From Eledone cirrhosa (lineage: Eukaryota): a stretch of DNA of 64,000 nt. Positions 12,878 through 26,200 of this stretch are shown here, in pieces. The notes beneath the pieces are model-generated. The model was not told the origin of the DNA. It saw only the letters and a list, made by a program, of their open reading frames with translations, and made no database searches. Where the stretch lies: the NCBI GenBank assembly GCA_964016885.1, contig OZ024760.1, positions 5,394,001 through 5,458,000 of the forward strand, given 5' to 3'. The stretch's first letter is position 1. Each line of letters opens with the position of its first letter. The position numbers were made by a program, and so were the translations under genes.

Positions 12878-14035
12878 AGTGGTGGTGGTGGTGGTGGTGG
12901 TTGTAATGGTGGTGGTGGTGGTAGTGGTGGTTGTAATGGTGATAGTGATGGTGGTGATGGATGTGATGGTGGTAGTGGTGGTCATAGAGGCAATGGTAGT
13001 GGTGTGCATATGTATGTATGTGTATGTGCACGTGTGTGTGTGTGTGTGCGTGAGTGTGTGCCTCTCTATATGTGTGCATGTGTGCTTGCATGTCTCTCTC
13101 TCTCTCGCTCTGTACATGTGTGTGCGTACATGCATCTGTCTCTCTCTGTACATGTGTACTAAGTGTTGAGTACATTTGTAGCCTGGAAACAACAAATGTA
13201 ATCTGTGACCACAGCTGAAATGTTGTCATAAATGAGGTGGAGAGTGGTAGGGGACGGGGTGGGATAAGGTGGTAGGGGACGGGGTGGGGGGCCGGAGTGG
13301 GAGGTGATGGGGGGGGGGGGGGGGGGGGGGGCTATAAGAAGGGATTTAGAGCAAAGATGGGAGTTAGAGGTAGAGAAAGAGAGGACACAGAGAGAAAGAA
13401 CAGAGAGAGGATGAGAGAGAGAGAGAGAGAGAGAGTGCTGAATAAGGTAAATCTAAAAATAGCCTTATAGGGTGGTGGAGTAGAGGTATGGGGGTGATTG
13501 GTGTGGACGTGTGTGTGTGTGTGGGGGGGGGGGGGGGGTTACAGGAAAAAATTTAGATAAAGAGAGGTAGAGAAAAAGAGAGAGAGAGAGAGAGAGAAAG
13601 AAAAAGAAAGAGCAAAAGTAAAACTATAAATAACCTTAAGGAGGTGGGGTGGGGGTAACTACATTATGTTGTGGTAATGTCAGTGAGGAAGGGGAGGAGT
13701 AGTAGTAGGAGTGGGTTAATACCTGAGTAGGAAGGGAGGGGGTGAGTTTTATTCTGAGGTAATAAGTACAGGTGTGGTGATGTGAAGGGGAGGGGCTGCA
13801 TGAAGGGATTTAGGATAAAGAGGGGTTAGAGAGAGAGAGAAAGAGAGGAACGCGAAAGAGAGAGAGTGAGATGACAGAAAGAGAGAGAGTGAGAGGACAG
13901 CGGGAGAGGAGTGAGAGGACAGAGGGAGAGAGAGAGTGAGAGGACAGAAAGAGAGAGAGTGAGAGGACAGAGGGAGAGTGAGAGGACAGAGGGAGAGAGA
14001 GAGTGAGAGGACAGAAAGAGAAAACAAAGAGAGAG
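12878..14035. repeat. Low-complexity block: (GGT)n, (GT)n, poly-G and (GA)-rich minisatellite
   Basis: Direct reading. Confidence 0.85.
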
Positions 14036-14329
14036 CAAGCTATATGTTGAGATAATAAGACAGAGAGGTGGGGAGGGGGAGGTTTAATGCCCTGATTTTT
14101 TTATGCCACATTGTAAGATAAGATTAAGGAGGAGGTAGTTAATGACCACTACAGGGAACGGAGGGGGGGGGGGGGGCTCCCCTCCCTACCCTCAGCCCCT
14201 CAGCTCCCCCACCCACCCATTCTTAATTATATGTAATAAAAACATGACAAATGATGTAGTGTAGCAAGTGTAAAGGTGAGGCGAAGCCCCTTAATTGAAA
14301 CTGGGTCACCATATGTTAATAATCCCTTC

Positions 14330-14585
14330 TAATATTAGGCAATTAGGCACAAGGCCAGCAATTTAAGGGGAGATAGAGGCAAGTTGATTATATCAGCTCC
14401 TAATATGAGATTGGTACTTTATTTTATTTTATTGAGTCCTAATATGTTACTGGTACTTCATATTATTTTATCGACACTGGAAGGACGAAAAGCAAAGTGA
14501 ACCCCATGCACCATTTTAACTCAGAATGTAGAAAGTTGTAAATGCAACTATATGTCGCAAAGTATTTTGTCAGACACTCTACCGG
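14330..14585 (-). mobile_element. Diverged Deu/Nin-like SINE copy
   Basis: GGCACAAGGCCAGCAATT, CTGGTACTT..TTTTATCGAC..AAGGACGAAAAGCAAAG. Confidence 0.65.
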
Positions 14586-14588
14586 ACT

Positions 14589-17487
14589 AAGGACATGTGG
14601 TTAGAATGTCTCAGGAAAGAATCTCTGAATTGAGAGACCACAGCTCCGATACTATGGACATGTGGTTAGAATGTCTGAGGAAAGAATCTCTGGATTGAGA
14701 GACCACAACTCCAATACTATGGACATGTGGTTAGAATGTCTCAGGAAAGAATCTCTGAATTGAGAGACCACAGCTCCGATACTATGAACATGTGGTTAGA
14801 ATGTCTCAGGAAAGAATCTCTGAATTGAGAGACCACAGCTCCGATACTACGGACATGTGGTTAGAATGTCTGAGGAAAGAATCTCTGGATTGAGAGACCA
14901 CAACTCCAATACTATGGACATGTGGTTAGAATGTCTCAGGAAAGAATCTCTGAATTGAGAGACCACAGCTCCGATACTATGGACATGTGGTTAGAATGTC
15001 TCAGGAAAGAATCTCTGAATTGAGAGACCACAGCTCTGATACTACAGACATGTGGTTAGAAGGTCTCAGGAAAGAATCTCTGAATTGAGAGACCACAGCT
15101 CCGATACTATGAACATGTGGTTAGAATGTCTCAGGAAAGAATCTCTGAATTGAGAGACCACAGCTTTGATACTACAGACATGTGGTTAGAAGGTCTCAGG
15201 AAAGAATCTCTGAATTGAGAGACCACAGCTCCGATACTATGAACATGTGGTTAGAATATCTCAGGAAAGAATCTCTGAATTGAGAGACCACAGCTCCGAT
15301 ACTACGGACATGTGGTTAGAATGTCTCAGGAAAGAATCTCTGAATTGAGAGACCACAGCTCCGATACTATGGACATGAGGTTAGAATGTCTCAGGAAAGA
15401 ATCTCTGAATTGAGAGACTTTAACTCCGATACTATGGACATGTGGTTAGAATGTCTGAGGAAAGAATCTCTGAATTGAGAGACCACAGCTCCGATACTAT
15501 GGACATGTGGTTAGAATGTTTCAGGAAAGAATCTCTCAATTCAGAGACCACAGCTCCGATACTATGGACATGTGGTTAGAATGTCTGAGGAAAGAATCTC
15601 TGGATTGAGAGACCACAGCTCCGATACTATGGACATGTGGTTAGAATGTCTCAGGAAAGAATCTCTCAATTGAGAGACCACAGCTCCGATACTATGAACA
15701 TGTGGTTAGAATGTCTCAAGAAAGAATCTCTCAATTGAGAGACCACAGCTCCGATACTATGGACATGTGGTTAGAATGTCTCAGGAAAGAATCTCTGAAT
15801 TGAGAGACCACAGCTCCGATACTATGAACATGTGGTTAGAATGTCTCAGGAAAGAATCTCTGAATTGAGAGACCACAGCTCTGATACTACAGACATGTGG
15901 TTAGAATGTCTCAGGAAAGAATCTCTGAATTGAGAGACCACAACTCCGATACTATGGACATGTGGTTAGAATGTCTCAGGAAAGAATCTCTGAATTGAGA
16001 AATCACAGCTCCGATACTATGGACATGTGGTTAGAATGTCTCAGGAAAGAATCTCTGAATTGAGAGACCACAGCTCCGATACTATGGACATGTGGTTAGA
16101 ATATCTCAGGAAAGAATCTCTGAATTGAGAGACCACAGCGCCGATACTATGGACATGTGGTTAGAATGTCTGAGGAAAGAATCTCTGGATTGAGAGACCA
16201 CAGCTCCGATACTATGAACATGTGGTTAGAATATCTCAGGAAAGAATCTCTGAATTGAGAGACCACAGCTCCGATACTATGGACATGTGGTTAGAATGTC
16301 TCAGGAAAGAATCTCTGAATTGAGAGACCACAACTCCGATACTATGGACATGTGGTTAGAATGTCTCAGGAAAGAATCTCTGAATTGAGAAATCACAGCT
16401 CCGATACTACGGACATGTGGTTAGAATGTCTGAGGAAAGAATCTCTGAATTGAGAGACCACAGCTCTGATACTATGAACATGTGGTTAGAATGTCTCAGG
16501 AAAGAATCTCTGAATTGAGAGACCACAACTCCGATACTATGGACATGTGGTTAGAATGTCTCAGGAAAGAATCTCTGAATTGAGAGACCACAACTCCGAT
16601 ACTATGGACATGTGGTTAGAATGTCTCAGGAAAGAATCTCTGAATTGAGACATCACAGCTCCGATACTATGGACATGTGGTTAGAATGTCTGAGGAAAGA
16701 ATCTCTGAATTGAGAGACCACAGCTCCGATACTATGGACATGTGGTTAGAATGTCTGAGGAAAGAATCTCTGAATTGAGAGACCACAGCTCCGATACTAT
16801 GGACATGTGGTTAGAATGTCTCAGGAAAGAATCTCTGAATTGAGAGACCACAGCTCCGATACTATGGACATGTGGTTAGAATGTCTGAGGAAAGAATCTC
16901 TGAATTGAGAGACCACAGCTCCGATACTATGGACATGTGGTTAGAATGTCTCAGGAAAGAATCTCTGAATTGAGAGACCACAGCTCCGATACTATGGACA
17001 TGTGGTTAGAATGTCTCAGGAAAGAATCGCTGAATTGAGAGACCACAGCTCCGATACTATGGACATGTGGTTAGAATGTCTGAGGAAAGAATCTCTGAAT
17101 TGAGAGACCACAGCTCCGATACTATGGACATGTGGTTAGAATGTCTCAGGAAAGAATCGCTGAATTGAGAAATCACAGCTCCGATACTACGGACATGTGG
17201 TTAGAATGTCTCAGGAAAGAATCTCTGAATTGAGAGACCACAGCTCCGATACTACAGACATGTGGTTAGAATGTCTGAGGAAAGAATCTCTGAATTGAGA
17301 GACCACAGCTCCGATACTATGGACATGAGGTTAGAATGTCTGAGGAAAGAATCTCTGGATTGAGAGACCACAGCTCCGATACTACAGACATGTGGTTAGA
17401 ATGTCTCAGGAAAGAATCTCTGAATTGAGAGACCACAGCTCCGATACTATGGACATGTGGTTAGAATGTCTCAGGAAAGAATCTCTG
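14589..17487 (+). repeat. 65-bp satellite, ~44 copies, derived from an RTE RT-thumb coding segment
   Basis: Unit GAATTGAGAGACCACAGCTCCGATACTATGGACATGTGGTTAGAATGTCTCAGGAAAGAATCTCT (translates IERPQLRYYGHVVRMSQERIS); runs directly into the rest of the LINE 3' end at 17488-17670. Confidence 0.95.
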
Positions 17488-17699
17488 GACAGATTTTGTG
17501 GATGAAACCAACAGGTAGGTGACCCAGGGGTAGATCCCGAGGAAGATGGATGGATAACATCCATGAGATTGGCTGGGAGCTGGTTGCTTCTGACAGGACC
17601 TGGAAGGAGTTTTCTTCTGGAAGGAGTTTTTCAGGATTGTGCCCCCATGACCCTCTCAAGAAGAAGAAGAGACTACCGATTCTGCCCAATCCCCCACCC

Positions 17700-18220
17700 T
17701 AATTAAGGCAGGATTTGAACTAAGCTACACACTGGGGTCGATTTAATCAACTTTCTCCTCTCCCCGAATTGCTGGCCTTGTGCCTAAATCAGACACCATT
17801 ATGATTGGCAGTATTGGTAGAGAGTCGGACGCCATGTTTTGACGCATAGAGTTATGGCCCTTGCCATTCTCAGTTCGAATCCCGCCGAGGTTAACTTTGC
17901 CTTTCATTCTTACGGGGGGGGTCGATAAAATAAAGTACCAGTAACGCACTGGGATAATTGCTGGCCTTGTGCCAAAAGTAGAAATAATAATTATTATTAT
18001 TGTTGTTGTTGTTGTTGTGGATTGGCAGTACCATTAGAACGTCAGACAACATGCCTTGCAGCATAGAGTTTCGTCCCTTTACGCGCTGAGTTCAAATCCC
18101 GCCGAGGTTAACTTTGCCTTTCATCCTTACAGGGTCGATAAAATAAAGTCCCAGTAATGTACTGGGTCGATTTAATCAACTTTCCTCGCCCCCAAAAATT
18201 GTTAGCCATGTCCCTAAACC
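17700..18220 (+). mobile_element. Cluster of ~3 Deu/Nin-like SINE copies
   Basis: Repeated TGGCAGTA..GTTC(A/G)AATCCCGCCGAGGTTAACTTTGCCTTTCAT..GTCGATAAAATAAAGT. Confidence 0.8.
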
Positions 18221-19137
18221 ATTACTACTATTATTATTGTGAATTTCAATTAATTAATGAAGAATTTTGATGGTTCTACAAAAATTATTAATTATTTCAT
18301 TACTAAGATAGCAACTTAATGTACGGTTCTTATATAAAATTATGTTGGAAGATTTTAATTTTAATTGGAAGCCTTTAAAATGGGTGGTTTTATTTTATAG
18401 AACGAGAGCTGGTTTTCGCTGGGATGGTAGCTAAAGGATTAATCTAAAGATAATTATAACTCTTATCTGTTAATTTACTGACATATGTAAAATTAAATGT
18501 AAATATTAAAGCAAAGGTTTTCATTTCTAAAGATGGGATTTCATAATCCATATAGAAGGGGAATATTATCTTAAAGTAGTCTGGCTTGGCTTACAATGAG
18601 GTTCTCACAGTAAACTCCAGCTGTTCTCATGGGTTTAACAAGATAATCAGATATGCAATCAGATAGGGGAAAGATTAAATATATAAATATATATATAAAA
18701 TACGTAGTTAAGAAAGCCACAACAATGCAGAGGGAAAACTCGAGGTAGGAAGTGAATGATAGATAGGAGAAACAGGTGAAAGTGAAAATTGAGAGAGACA
18801 AAGATGAAAACAAAACAAAGGTAGAAGGGTTACCGTAGTGGAGATTTAATCCCAATATTTCGGGCTCACGCCCATCAACGGGGGAAAGTTCCAAAGGGGG
18901 CGAACAGGCCAAGCGGAGAAAGTTGTGATGTCGTTAAGACAGGAATGCCGTTATAATATATATATATATATATGTGTGGGTGTATGTATGTGTATATATA
19001 TATATGTGTGTGTGTGTGAGTGTGTGTATGTATGTGTATATATATATGTGTGTGTGTGTGAGTGTGTGTATGTATGTGTATACATATATGTGTGTGTATA
19101 ATATATAAGATCAAAAGATGGTTAAAAGAGTTCCATG

Positions 19138-19208
19138 TATTTTATTATGCGCATTTTAAAAACAAATATCATCATGCAATAACATTTGTGTTTTCATCAG
19201 ATAAAATA
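19138..19208 (-). ncRNA. Degenerate type I hammerhead ribozyme (family A; element 19100-19265)
   Basis: TATTTTAT-CTGATGA-stem II-AAAA (GAAA mutated)-TGCGCA-TA-ATAAAATA; homologous to 48358 and 59593. Confidence 0.7.
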
Positions 19209-19289
19209 GGAAGACATGATATGAAGGTTAAAAAACACTTGTGAATAGTGCAGTTTTAAATCAACATATATGTGTGTATATATATATAT

Positions 19290-19680
19290 GAGGTCGTGTA
19301 GGTGTCACGACAAAAAAACACACAGTCCACGCTGTAATCTGGCCGTGTAGGTAACACGGTAAAAACCTCCCAGTACACACTGTAAACGTGGTTGGTGTTG
19401 GGAAGGGCACCCAGCCGTAGAAAACCCGCCAGACGTGTAGGTGTCACGACAATAAAACACACAGTCCACGCTGTAATGTGGCCGTGTAGGTAACATGGTA
19501 AAAACCTCCCAGTCCACACTGTAAATGTGGTTGGTGTTAGGAAGGGCATCCAGCCGTAAAAAACCCGCCAGACAGTCCTGAGCAAGACAACCAATCTTGC
19601 CTCAAGTGGGACAATTCCCGTCCAGACCCATGCTAGCATGGAAAATGGAGGTTAAATGATGATGATGATGATGATGATAA
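19290..19680 (+). mobile_element. SINE 3' half with RTE-type tail and internal duplication
   Basis: GTAGGTGTCACGAC..CAGTCCAC.CTGTAA units, GGAAGGGCATCCAGCCGTA, CCCATGCTAGCATGGAAAA, (ATG)n. Confidence 0.75.
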
Positions 19681-20129
19681 GGAAAGAATCATTGGACAGA
19701 TTTTACTGGCAAAACTAACAGGCAGGTGACCCAGGGGTAGACCTTGGGTCTTTAGAGTAATGTTACTCGATGGAGTGTGAAGTGTGTAGCTTGGAGATCA
19801 GAGAATCACTCCAGGTAGAGACGCTACTTTTCAAATTGAGAGATCATAGCTCCGATATTACGGACATGTGATTAAAATGTCTCAGGATAAAAATCTCTGA
19901 ATTGACAGACCACAGCTCTGATATTATGGACATAAGGTTAGAATGTCTGAAGAAAGAATCGCTGGACAGATTTAATGGACAAAAACCAACAGGCAGGAGA
20001 CGCAGAGCAAGATGGTTTTGGGATAACATCTATGAGTTTGGCTGGTCTCACTTGGGGATCCAGCTGGCCAGATCAATTGGAGACAGTTGTTTCTGACAGG
20101 ACCCTCTGGAAGGAGAGCCTGAAGACTCT

Positions 20130-20275
20130 GTTGAGCCCTGGTGGGAGTTGAGCCCTGGTGGGAGTTGAACCTCGGTGGGAGTTGAACCCCGGTGGGAGTT
20201 GAATCCTGGTGGGAGTTGAACCCTGGTGGGAGTTGAACCCTGGTGGGAGTTGAAGCTTGGTGGTAGTTGAACCTA
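20130..20275 (+). repeat. 17-bp minisatellite GAGTTGAACCCTGGTGG, ~8 copies
   Basis: Direct reading. Confidence 0.9.
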
Positions 20276-20409
20276 CCCCACATAGTGTTGCTGTTGTTGT
20301 TGTTGTTATATGTTGGTACTAATATACATATTTCTAGGCCAGTTAATACTGTTCAGTTGGTATTGATTAATATTGTTGAGTTGGCAGTATTTGTTGTTTA
20401 CAGTGATTT

Positions 20410-22135
20410 AGTGATGGTGATGGTGGTGTTGGTAGTGTTGGTGGTAGTGTGATGGTGGTGTTGGTGATGGTGTGATGGTGGTTGTGGTGTGTGGTGGTGA
20501 AGTGGTGAGGTGGTGGTGTGTGATGGTGGCAGTGGTGGTGTTGGTGGTAGTGTGATGGTGGTGTTGGTGATGGTGTGATGGTGGTTGTGGTGTGTGGTGG
20601 TGAAGTGGTGAGGTGGTGGTGTGTGATGGTGGCAGTGGTGGTGTTGGTGGTAGTGTGATGGTGGTGTTGGTGATGGTGTGATGGTGGTTGTGGTGTGTGG
20701 TGGTGAAGTGGTGAGGTGGTGGTGGCAGTGGTGGTGTTGGTGGTAGTGTGATGGTGGTGTTGGTGATGGTGTGATGGTGGTTGTGGTGTGTGGTGGTGAG
20801 GTGGTGGTGTGTGATGGTGGCAGTGGTGGTGTTGGTGGTAGTGTGATGGTGGTGTTGGTGATGGTGTGATGGTGGTTGTGGTGTGTGGTGGTGAAGTGGT
20901 GTGATGGTGGCAGTGGTGGTGTTGGTGGTAGTGTGGTGATGGTGATGGTGTGATGGTGGTTGTGGTGTGTGGTGGTGAAGTGGTGAGGTGGTGGTGTGTG
21001 ATGGTGGCAGTGGTGGTGTTGGTGGTAGTGTGATGGTGGTGTTGGTGGTTGTGGTGTGTGGTGGTGAAGTGGTGAGGTGGTGGTGTGTGGTGGTGGCAGT
21101 GGTGGTGTTGGTGGTAGTGTGATGGTGGTGTTGGTGATGGTGTGATGGTGGTTGTGGTGTGTGGTGGTGAGGTGGTGGTGTGTGATGGTGGCAGTGGTGG
21201 TGTTGGTGGTAGTGTGATGGTGGTGTTGGTGATGGTGTGATGGTGGTTGTGGTGTGTGGTGGTGAAGTGGTGTGATGGTGGCAGTGGTGGTGTTGGTGGT
21301 AGTGTGGTGATGGTGATGGTGTGATGGTGGTTGTGGTGTGTGGTGGTGAAGTGGTGAGGTGGTGGTGTGTGATGGTGGCAGTGGTGGTGTTGGTGGTAGT
21401 GTGATGGTGGTGTTGGTGATGGTGTGATGGTGGTTGTGGTGTGTGGTGGTGAGGTGGTGGTGTGTGATGGTGGCAGTGGTGGTGTTGGTGGTAGTGTGAT
21501 GGTGGTGTTGGTGATGGTGTGATGGTGGTTGTGGTGTGTGGTGGTGAGGTGGTGGTGTGTGATGGTGGCAGTGGTGGTGTTGGTGGTAGTGTGATGGTGG
21601 TGTTGGTGATGGTGTGATGGTGGTTGTGGTGTGTGGTGGTGAGGTGGTGGTGTGTGATGGTGGCAGTGGTGGTGTTGGTGGTAGTGTGATGGTGGTGTTG
21701 GTGATGGTGTGATGGTGGTTGTGGTGGGTGTGTGGTGGTGAAGTGGTGAGGTGGTGGTGTGTGATGGTGGCAGTGGTGGTGTTGGTGGTAGTGTGATGGT
21801 GGTATTGGTGATGGTGTGATGGTGGTGTGGCGGTTGTGTGGTGGTGAGGTGGTGGTGTGTGATGGTGGCAGTGGTGGTGTTGGTGGTAGTGTGATGGTGG
21901 TGTTGGTGATGGTGTGATGGTGGTGTGGCGGTTGTGTGGTGGTGAGGTGGTGGTGTGTGATGGTGGCAGTGGTGGTGTGTGATGGTGGGGTGAAGTGGTG
22001 GGGATTGTAGTGGTGGAGATAGTGGTCTCTACAGTGGTGGTGATGTGAGGTGGCGACTGTAGTGTTGGTGGTGGTGTGAGGTGGCGATTGTAGTGGTGGT
22101 GGTGTGAGGTGGTGATTGTAGTGGTGGTGGTGAGG
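20410..22135 (+). repeat. G/T-rich compound satellite (~95-103-bp higher unit built from GGT/GAT/GT)
   Basis: Recurring GTGTGATGGTGGCAGTGGTGGTGTTGGTGGTAGTGTGATGG; almost no C on the + strand. Confidence 0.9.
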
Positions 22136-22169
22136 TGCTTTGAGACATCTAGTTACAGCCCTTCACATT

Positions 22170-22581
22170 CTGTAACCAGCCACTCATGCTGATGTTAAGG
22201 TATTGTTCTCAAAATAAATAATAACAAAATCTCATAGATTCGATATTATTTGAGATAATTATGTGAGGTAAAGTGGTTACTGTGAAAATACAATAGTAAA
22301 TATAGAATAATGTAAATGCTAAAGGGTTAAACAGTTTTGAAACAGGGTCCAGCTTCAGATGGTTTGGTATCAAAAAGGTTTAACCCTTTAGCATTTAAAC
22401 TGGCCATATCCGGCCAGAATTCTAACACCTTTTTCTATTCAAACCGGCTGTAACCAGCTGTTCATATTGATGGTTCTCAAAATAAATAACATCAAAATCT
22501 CATAGATTAGATATTATGTGAGGTAAAGCTTTTCCCATGAAAATACAATAGTAAATATAGAGTAATGTAAATGCTAAAGAG
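22170..22581. mobile_element. Two tandem piggyBac-like MITE copies
   Basis: TTAA-CCCTTTAGCATTTA ... TAAATGCTAAAG(A/G)G-TTAA; homologous to 1191-1412. Confidence 0.7.
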
Positions 22582-22949
22582 TTAAACAGTTTTGAAACGG
22601 GGCTCAATTTCATGTGGTTTGGTATCAAAAGGGTTCCAGTAATTTGTTATCTTCTCAAATCAAATCTGGTAACAGCTGAGGTGAGATATTGGATCATTCA
22701 ATAATATAAGTGATTAAGTAATATAGATCTTGTATCTGCTAGAGACAACAATATTGATTTTAGACAAAATTAACAAAAATATTCATAAATAAATACATTA
22801 CTGAAGTTAATTTACTCAGAGATGTCATCTGCATGAAAGAACAATAGTTAAGTTGGTCTTGGCATGTTTTATGGAGTTAAAATGTTTGTATATACTGAGA
22901 ATATCAGATATATAGGTCATAACTTGTTCAGTCAACTACACAAATGCTA

Positions 22950-23132
22950 TTGGCAGTATCGGTAGAGCGTCGAACAACATGCTTTGCAGTATAGAGTCAC
23001 GGCCCTTTACGGTTTGAGTTCAAATCCCGCCAAGGTTAACTTTGCCTTTCATCCTTACGGGGTCGATAAAATAAAGTAGCGGTAATACACTGGGATAATT
23101 GCTGGCTTTGTGTCAAAAGTAGAAACAATTAT
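22950..23132 (+). mobile_element. Deu/Nin-like SINE
   Basis: A box, B box GAGTTCAAATCC and CTTTCATCCTTACGGGGTCGATAAAAT core. Confidence 0.8.
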
Positions 23133-23232
23133 TGTAAAATTAAGTCTGCCCTGGGGTTAAACAACCACACCAGCAAATACTAGAAGTGTTAAGCAAGTTT
23201 TTATATATGTATGTAGGTATTGTAAAGTACAA

Positions 23233-26200
23233 AGACCATCACCACTGCTGCTATTATCACAGTGATATATGTCTGGACAATGTGGGAGAACTCTCTCTTA
23301 TAATACAGACCATCACCACTGCTGTTATTATCACAGTGGTATATGTCTGGACAATGTGGGAGAACTCTCTCTTATAATACAGACCACCACCACTGCTGTT
23401 ACTTACTATCACAGTGATATATGTCTGGACAATGTGGGAGAACTCTCTCTTATAATACAGACCACTACCACCACTGCTGTTACTATCACAGTGATATATG
23501 TCTGGACAATGTGGGAGAACTCTCTCTTATAATACAGACCATCACCTCTGCTGTTACTATCACAGTGATATATGTCAGGACAATGTGGGAGAACTCTCTC
23601 TTATAATACAGACCATCACCTCTGCTGTTACTATCACAGTGATATATGTCTGGACAATGTGGGAGAACTCTCTCTTATAATACAGACCACTACCACCTCT
23701 GCTGTTACTATCACAGTGATATATGTCTGGACAATGTGGGAGAACTCTCTCTTATAATACAGACCATCACCTCTGCTGTTACTATCACAGTGATATATGT
23801 CTGGACAATGTGGGAGAACTCTCTCTTATAATACAGACCATCACCACAGCTGTTACTATCACAGTGATATATGTCTGGACAATGTGGGAGAACTCTCTCT
23901 TATAATACAGACCATCACCTCTGCTGTTACTATCACAGTGATATATGTCTGGACAATGTGGGAGAACTCTCTCTTATAATACAGACCACTACCACTGCTG
24001 TTACTATCACAGTGATATATGTCTGGACAATGTGTGAGAACTCTCTCTTATAATACAGACCACTACCACTGCTGTTACTATCACAGTGACATATGTCTGG
24101 ACAATGTGGGAGAACTCTCTCTTATAATACAGACCACTACCACCACTGCTGTTACTATCACAGTGATATATGTCTGGACAATGTGGGAGAACTCTCTCTT
24201 ATAATACAGACCACTACCACTGCTGTTACTATCACAGTGACATATGTCTGGACAATGTGGGAGAACTCTCTCTTATAATACAGACCACTACCACTGCTGT
24301 TATTATCACAGTGATATATGTCTGGACAATGTGGGAGAACTCTCTCTTATAATACAGACCATCACCTCTGCTGTTACTATCACAGTGATATATGTCTGGA
24401 CAATGTGGGAGAACTCTCTCTTATAATACAGACCACTACCACCACTGCTGTTACTATCGCAGTGATATATGTCTGGACAATGTGGGAGAACTCTCTCTTA
24501 TAATACAGACCACTACCACCTCTGCTGTTACTATCACAGTGATATATGTCTGGACAATGTGGGAGAACTCTCTCTTATAATACAGACCACTACCTCTGCT
24601 GTTACTATCACAGTGATATATGTCTGGACAATGTGGGAGAACTCTCTCTTATAATACAGACCACTACCACCACTGCTGTTACTATTACAGTGATATATGT
24701 CTGGACAATGTGGGAGAACTCTCCCTTATAATACAGACCACCACCACTGCTGTTACTATCACAGTGATATATGTCTGGACAATGTGGGAGAACTCTCTCT
24801 TATAATACAGACCACTACCACCACTGCTGTTACTATTACAGTGATATATGTCTGGACAATGTGGGAGAACTCTCTCTTATAATACAGACCACCACCAGTG
24901 CTGTTACTATCACAGTGATATATGTCTGGACAATGTGGGAGAACTCTCTCTTATAATACAGACCATCACCTCTGCTGTTACTATCACAGTGATATATGTC
25001 TGGACAATGTGGGAGAACTCTCTCGTATAATACAGACCACTACCACTGCTGTTACTATCACAGTGATATATGTCTGGACAATGTGGGAGAACTCTCTCTT
25101 ATAATACAGACCATCACCTCTGCTGTTACTATCACAGTGATATATGTCTGGGCAATGTGGGAGAACTCTCTCTTATAATACAGACCACTACCACCACTGC
25201 TGTTACTATCACAGTGATATAAGTCTGGACAATGTGGGAGAACTCTCTCTTATAATAAAGACCACCACCTCTGTTGTTACTATCACAGTGATATATGTCT
25301 GGACAATGTGGGAGAACTCTCTCTTATAATACAGACCACCACCACTGCTGTTACTATCACAGTGATATATGTCTGGACAATGTGGGAGAACTCTCCCTTA
25401 TAATACAGACCATCACCACTGCTGTTACTATCACAGTGATATATGTCAGGACAATGTGGGAGAACTCTCCCTTATAATACAGACCATCACCTCTGCTGTT
25501 ACTATCACAGTGATATATGTCTGGACAATGTGGGAGAACTCTCTCTTATAATACAGACCATCACCTCTGCTGTTACTATCACAGTGATATATGTCTGGGC
25601 AATGTGGGAGAACTCTCTCTTATAATACAGACCACTACCACCACTGCTGTTATTATCACAGTGATATATGTCTGGACAATGTGGGAGAACTCTCTCTTAT
25701 AATACAGACCACCACCAGTGCTGTTATTATCACAGTGATATATGTCTGGGCAATGTGGGAGAACTCTCTCTTATAATACAGACCACTACCACTGCTGTTA
25801 CTATCACAGTGATATATGTCTGGACAATGTGGGAGAACTCTCTCTTATAATACAGACCACTACTGTTACTATCACAGTGATATATGTCTGGACAATGTGG
25901 GAGAACTCTCTCTTATAATACAGACCATCACCACTGCTGTTACTATCATAGTGATATATGTCTGGACAATGTGGGAGAACTCTCTCTTATAATACAGACC
26001 ATCACCTCTGCTGTTATTATCACAGTGATATATGTCTGGACAATGTGGGAGAACTCTCTCTTATAATACAGACCACTACCACCACTGCTGTTACTATCAC
26101 AGAGATATATGTCTGGACAATGTGGGAGAACTCTCTCTTATAATACAGACCATCACCTCTGCTGTTACTATCACAGTGATATATGTCTGGACAATGTGGG

